From positions 330,318 through 394,317 of the forward strand of contig OZ240232.1 of the NCBI GenBank assembly GCA_965197895.1: a stretch of DNA of 64,000 bases, written 5' to 3'. The translations under genes and the position numbers were made by a program. This document shows, piece by piece, positions 59,890-64,000 of the stretch (its first letter is position 1; each line of letters begins with the position of its first letter). This DNA comes from Candidatus Versatilivoraceae bacterium. Lineage in GTDB: Bacteria; Acidobacteriota; Terriglobia; Versatilivoradales; Versatilivoraceae. The notes under the pieces were generated by a model, which saw only the letters and a program-made list of their open reading frames with translations, made no database searches and was not told the DNA's origin.

Positions 59890-60690
59890 ATGGGGGGACG
59901 TCTCAAGAACAAGATAGCCATCGTGACGGGAGCCGGCTCGGTCGGTCCCGGCTGGGGCAACGGCAAGGCCACGGCGGTGCTCTTTGCCCGGGAGGGGGCC
60001 AAGGTCTTGGCCGTTGATATCAATCCTGCAGCCGCTGACGAAACCCGAGAAATCATTCAAGCGGAAGGGGGGCGGTGTGTGACCCATCAAACCGATGTTT
60101 CTCAGGCCGGGCAGGTGAGAGCCATGGTGGATCGTTGCCTGGAGGTCTTCGGGCGGATCGACATCCTCCACAATAACGTGGGGATCCTTCACGTGGGCGG
60201 GCCGAACGAGATTTCCGAGGAGCAATGGGATCACCTGTTTGCCGTTAACGTGAAGGGCATGTTCCTGAGCTGCAAGTACGTCCTGCCGGTCATGGAGCGT
60301 CAGGGCAAAGGAGCGATTGTGAACATCTCCTCTTTTGCCGGGATTCGCTACACGGGTTATCCTGCCATTTCCTACCACGCCTCCAAGGGTGCCGTGAATC
60401 AGCTCACCCAGAGCATTGCTCTCCAATACGCGCCCAAGAACATTCGTGCCAACTGCATTGTTCCGGGTCTCATGAACACTCCCATGATTGTCGAGCCGCT
60501 GAAAGACACCTATGGTCCGGGGGGCGTGGAGCAAATGGTCCGGCAAAGAGACGCCATGGTCCCGATGGGCAGGATGGGTGAGGGCTGGGATGTCGCCTAT
60601 GCGGCTCTGTTTTTGGCCTCTGACGAAGCCAAGTATATTACGGGCATCCAGTTGGTGGTGGATGGCGGGCTGACATGCAAAGTGAGTTAA
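59890..60690 (+). CDS. SDR-family oxidoreductase
   Basis: TGAGSVGPGWG..NNVG..YHASK. A GGAGGAGG Shine-Dalgarno precedes the start. Confidence 0.8.
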   Translation: MGGRLKNKIAIVTGAGSVGPGWGNGKATAVLFAREGAKVLAVDINPAAADETREIIQAEGGRCVTHQTDVSQAGQVRAMVDRCLEVFGRIDILHNNVGILHVGGPNEISEEQWDHLFAVNVKGMFLSCKYVLPVMERQGKGAIVNISSFAGIRYTGYPAISYHASKGAVNQLTQSIALQYAPKNIRANCIVPGLMNTPMIVEPLKDTYGPGGVEQMVRQRDAMVPMGRMGEGWDVAYAALFLASDEAKYITGIQLVVDGGLTCKVS

Positions 60691-60842
60691 CGGCTACCCT
60701 GCATCCATCCCCATCCTGTGAATCCTGTCTGTCCATGTTTTGTAGCCTATCGACCTGGATGAACAGGATGAGTGGTTCGGATGGATTGACCTCCTGACCT
60801 CGATGCGCGGCAAGCCGAGAGGAGTCCTAGCAGAAGTTGGGT

Positions 60843-62279
60843 TCAGGCCAGAGCTTTGCGGATGACTTGGCCGCCCACGTCGGTCAGGCGGAAGTCTCGT
60901 CCCTGGAATCGGTAGGTAAACTTCTCGTGGTCGATGCCCATGCAGTGCAGCACGGTGGCCTGGAAGTCGTTGATGTGTATCGGGTCTTCCACCGGATTGT
61001 AGCCCAGATCGTCGGTCGCGCCGATGGTGACCCCCGGCTTGATGCCACCCCCTGCCAGCCAGATGGTATAGGCCTTCATATGGTGATCTCTGCCGTAATT
61101 GCCTCGGGTCATGTCTCCTTGATTCATGGGAGTCCGCCCAAATTCACCGCCCCAAATCACCAGGGTGTCCTTGAACAGACCCCGTTGCTTCAAGTCCCGA
61201 ATCAGGGCAGCGGTTGCCTGATCCGTCTGCCGGCACTGTAACGCGATGTTGGACGGCAGGCTGTTGTGGTGATCCCAGCCCCGATGATAGAGCTGGATGA
61301 ATCGGACCCCTCGCTCGACCAGGCGGCGTGCCAGCAGGCAATTGTTGGCATAGGACGGAATCCCTGGCTGAGCGCCGTACTCCTCCAACGCCTTCGGCGA
61401 TTCCTGCCTGATGTCCATTAAATCCGGGACACTGGTCTGCATGCGGTAGGCCATCTCGAAGGATTTGATCCGGGCTGAGATATCGGGGTCTCCCACGGCC
61501 TCCAGCTTGAGTCGGTTGAGATCGCGCAGTCCGTCCAGCAAGTGACGCCGAGAGGAACGCGTGACGCCTCCGGGGTTGGAAACAAAGAGAATCGGCTCGC
61601 CCTGGGAACGGAACTCGACCCCCTGATGGCTGCTGGGCAAGAAGCCGCTGCCCCAATAGCGCGACAGCAGGGGTTGCCCCTGACCTCCGCCTGAAGTCAA
61701 AACGACGAAGGTCGGCAATTGATCGTTTTCGCTGCCCAGACCGTAAGAAAACCAGGCTCCGATGGTGGGACGGCCGGGTTGTTGCCCTCCCGTCTGTATC
61801 AAGGTCACGGCCGGGTCGTGGTTGATGGCGTCGGTATGGACGGAGCGTAGGAAGGCAATGTCGTCGGCAGCGGTGGCCGTGTGCGGTAATAACTCGGACA
61901 GTTCCGCGCCGGATTGCCCGTGTTGCTGGAACCGGTACTTGGATCCGACGCACACCAGCTTACGCCCGGCAAGCTGAGCAATCCGCTGCCCGCGAGTGAC
62001 ACTTTCCGGCATGGGCTCCCCGCTCATCTCAACCAGTTTGGGCTTGGGGTCGTACAGATCCAACTGAGACGGAGCGCCGGACATGAAGAGGTAGATGATG
62101 CGCTTGGCTCGCGGGGCAAAGTGCAGGGGATTCAGGGTGCCATAGGATCTTCTGGAAGCATCGCCATAGAGGTCGTCTCGCAAAAGTGTAGCCAGGGCCA
62201 ATGAGCCGATACCTTGAGCCCCTCGACCCAAGAAGCGCCGTCTCGTCATCTGGAGCCTCAATTCTTCCGCAACACCCAT
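60843..62279 (-). CDS. DUF1501 (sulfatase-like) protein with Tat signal
   Basis: RRRFLGRGAQGIGSLALATL is a Tat signal. It is a paralogue of the gene at 28471..29811. Confidence 0.8.
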   Translation of the reverse strand: MGVAEELRLQMTRRRFLGRGAQGIGSLALATLLRDDLYGDASRRSYGTLNPLHFAPRAKRIIYLFMSGAPSQLDLYDPKPKLVEMSGEPMPESVTRGQRIAQLAGRKLVCVGSKYRFQQHGQSGAELSELLPHTATAADDIAFLRSVHTDAINHDPAVTLIQTGGQQPGRPTIGAWFSYGLGSENDQLPTFVVLTSGGGQGQPLLSRYWGSGFLPSSHQGVEFRSQGEPILFVSNPGGVTRSSRRHLLDGLRDLNRLKLEAVGDPDISARIKSFEMAYRMQTSVPDLMDIRQESPKALEEYGAQPGIPSYANNCLLARRLVERGVRFIQLYHRGWDHHNSLPSNIALQCRQTDQATAALIRDLKQRGLFKDTLVIWGGEFGRTPMNQGDMTRGNYGRDHHMKAYTIWLAGGGIKPGVTIGATDDLGYNPVEDPIHINDFQATVLHCMGIDHEKFTYRFQGRDFRLTDVGGQVIRKALA

Positions 62280-62283
62280 GGAT

Positions 62284-63999
62284 CTACTCCTTGGTCATGG
62301 TCTCATCCAGATTAAAGATCAGCTTGGCCACACCGGTCCAAGCTGCTAATTGAATCACATCGAGATCATCGGCGGGTGAGGACTCACCGATGCTCACCAA
62401 CTTCAGGGCATTGGCCTCGTCATCCCGGTAGGTCTCGAGGATCTTGAGATAGGTGCGCTCGGTAATTTTCTCCTCGGCCGGACTGGGTGGACGAGCCAAG
62501 GCCGCGTGGTAAGCGAAACGAATCCGCTCTCTTACCGCAGTGCCCCCTTCTTGAAGAATGCGCTGAGCGAACACCCGGGCTGCCTCGACGTAAGTCATCT
62601 CATTCAGAGTAACTAGCGCTTGCAGAGGGGTGACGGTCCGTTCGCGTCGCACGGTGCAGACTTCGCGGTCGGGTGCGTCGAAAGTTTGCATGATGGGATT
62701 GGGCACGGAGCGCTTCCAGAAGGTATAGAGACTCCGGCGGTAGAGGTCGGCTCCCTCACTCTGCTCGTATTTGTTACGGCAGTAGAATGCTTTGTGCTCC
62801 CAAAGGCCTGGGGGCTGATAGGGGAAGACACTCGGTCCTCCGGGTTGACGATCCCGATCCAATAGGCCGCTGATGGCTAAAACGTTATCCCGAATGACTT
62901 CGGCCGGCAGGCGCAGCCTGGGGCCTCGGGCCAGCAAGCGATTGGTGGGATCCTTGGCAACGAGCTCCGGACGAAACTTGGAAGATTGCTGGTAGGTTGC
63001 CGACATCACGATGGTCTTCAGCATGGCCTGTACGTCCCAACCTCCGTCCACAAATTCCCGGGCTAGCCAATCGAGTAACTCCGGATGGGAAGGGGGTTCG
63101 CCCTGAGTGCCGAATTCGTTGCCGGTTTGCACAATACCCGTACCGAAAAAGAGCTGCCAAAAACGGTTGACGGTCACTCGACCCACCAAGGGATGGTCGG
63201 GGTCGATCAGCCATCGGGCCAGCGCCAGACGGTCGGCCTTCTCTAGCTGAGGTAGTGACCGCAAAAAGCCGGGTACGGCCGCAGACACCTGCTGGCCCTT
63301 GTTCCGGTAGTCTCCTCGAATCAAGATATGGGTCGGCCGTCGGTACTCCATGTCTACCATCACCCGCACGGTGGGTATCTCTTTCTCGAGATCCTCCTTC
63401 TCTTGGCGTAGCTGGGCCAATTGCCGGCTGAGGGCCTGGAGTCGCGGAGAGTGATTCTCCCGAAAATAATGCCTCAAGGCCGTTTTTTCTGCGCCGTCTC
63501 TCTCCAGGACCGGTTTCTTCACGGCTGACTTGACCCGCTTGAGTTGCTCATCGCCGACGGGGGCGTCCAGCGAAAAATAGAAACCATAGCCACCCCCATA
63601 GTTGACGATCTTGAACAGCAGCTCGTTGGCCCCGGGGCGGAGATCGACCTCAAGATCGATCGGTTCTGCCGGTTCGCATCGCTCCACGGTCTTGGCAAGG
63701 ATGAGCCGTCCGTTCAGCCAGACCTTGAGGCCGTCGGCAAAGGGGGCATTGTTCCCCAGAAAGCATTTCAGCTTGCGGCCGGATTTGGCATGAATTCTAC
63801 GATACACGTAGGTGGCGGCCTTGGACCCCAACAAAGCGTGGGGCTCTCCGTCCTTCCAATCCGGTCGTGCGCTCCAGGACAACTTTCCTTCCTGATAGCT
63901 CTTGGCGAGATCCACCTCACCTTCGGGTGGGAAGGACCGGGCAAAGGCTTCTTCGGCGGATTGGGCGATAAAGGGCCCGATCACCGACCACTCCTTCAT
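62284..63999 (-). CDS. DUF1553/DUF1549 (PSCyt-associated) protein, N-terminus beyond the window edge
   Basis: The ORF runs to the window end. The DUF1553-type C-terminus and overall colinearity match 25899..28448. It is the partner of the adjacent DUF1501 gene. Confidence 0.7.
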   Translation of the reverse strand: MKEWSVIGPFIAQSAEEAFARSFPPEGEVDLAKSYQEGKLSWSARPDWKDGEPHALLGSKAATYVYRRIHAKSGRKLKCFLGNNAPFADGLKVWLNGRLILAKTVERCEPAEPIDLEVDLRPGANELLFKIVNYGGGYGFYFSLDAPVGDEQLKRVKSAVKKPVLERDGAEKTALRHYFRENHSPRLQALSRQLAQLRQEKEDLEKEIPTVRVMVDMEYRRPTHILIRGDYRNKGQQVSAAVPGFLRSLPQLEKADRLALARWLIDPDHPLVGRVTVNRFWQLFFGTGIVQTGNEFGTQGEPPSHPELLDWLAREFVDGGWDVQAMLKTIVMSATYQQSSKFRPELVAKDPTNRLLARGPRLRLPAEVIRDNVLAISGLLDRDRQPGGPSVFPYQPPGLWEHKAFYCRNKYEQSEGADLYRRSLYTFWKRSVPNPIMQTFDAPDREVCTVRRERTVTPLQALVTLNEMTYVEAARVFAQRILQEGGTAVRERIRFAYHAALARPPSPAEEKITERTYLKILETYRDDEANALKLVSIGESSPADDLDVIQLAAWTGVAKLIFNLDETMTKE

Positions 64000-64000
64000 T

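Overview
This 64 kb window (about 60% GC) most likely comes from an Acidobacteria chromosome, with Planctomycetes-like features. The lineage call rests on two VWA proteins with the acidobacterial VWFA-related domain, two DUF1501/DUF1549-DUF1553 gene pairs with PSCyt motifs, and several carboxypeptidase-regulatory-like and PQQ propeller proteins. From 5' to 3' the window contains:

- A small CoA-linked catabolic cluster: MBL-fold hydrolase, Hyi-like isomerase, HpcH aldolase, AKR, family III CoA-transferase and enoyl-CoA hydratase.
- An OmpR/HK two-component operon divergent from a CpxP/Spy-like LTXXQ gene. A ~40-bp motif with two GTAAA-type half-sites recurs upstream of the CpxP-like, an M48 protease and a BON/OsmY-like gene, which I read as a Cpx-like envelope-stress regulon.
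- Two diverged, inverted copies of a ~2 kb IS with 15-bp terminal inverted repeats and an IS5/IS1182-like DDE transposase (about 487 aa). One copy is inactivated by a 10-bp indel. The copies bracket 12.8 kb carrying a SelA/DgaE-like PLP enzyme, an SDR, an AEC transporter and a four-gene secreted operon (DUF1501, PSCyt2-DUF1549-DUF1553-Big2, a 938-aa PPC-domain protein, PSCyt1-WD40).
- Core genes: lptD, ilvBN preceded by an unusual AT-rich leader, lexA, cca, mutM, hupB and a moaD-moaE fusion.
- A low-GC islet just upstream of lexA with its own sigma70-like promoter. It encodes an RHH-N-terminal protein that I recall as EXLDI-family-like, and a DUF4258-like small protein. This is a candidate undescribed toxin-antitoxin-like or SOS-linked module.
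- A type III PKS locus.
- A glycan-processing-like cluster (DUF1080, CBM9-like, Gfo/Idh/MocA, PHP/CehA-like hydrolase, BNR-sialidase-like, creatininase, SDR). The BNR protein has an in-frame TGA inside its Tat signal peptide.

No rRNA, tRNA or CRISPR array was recognised. Every domain assignment comes from reading the translated ORFs, not from a database search.
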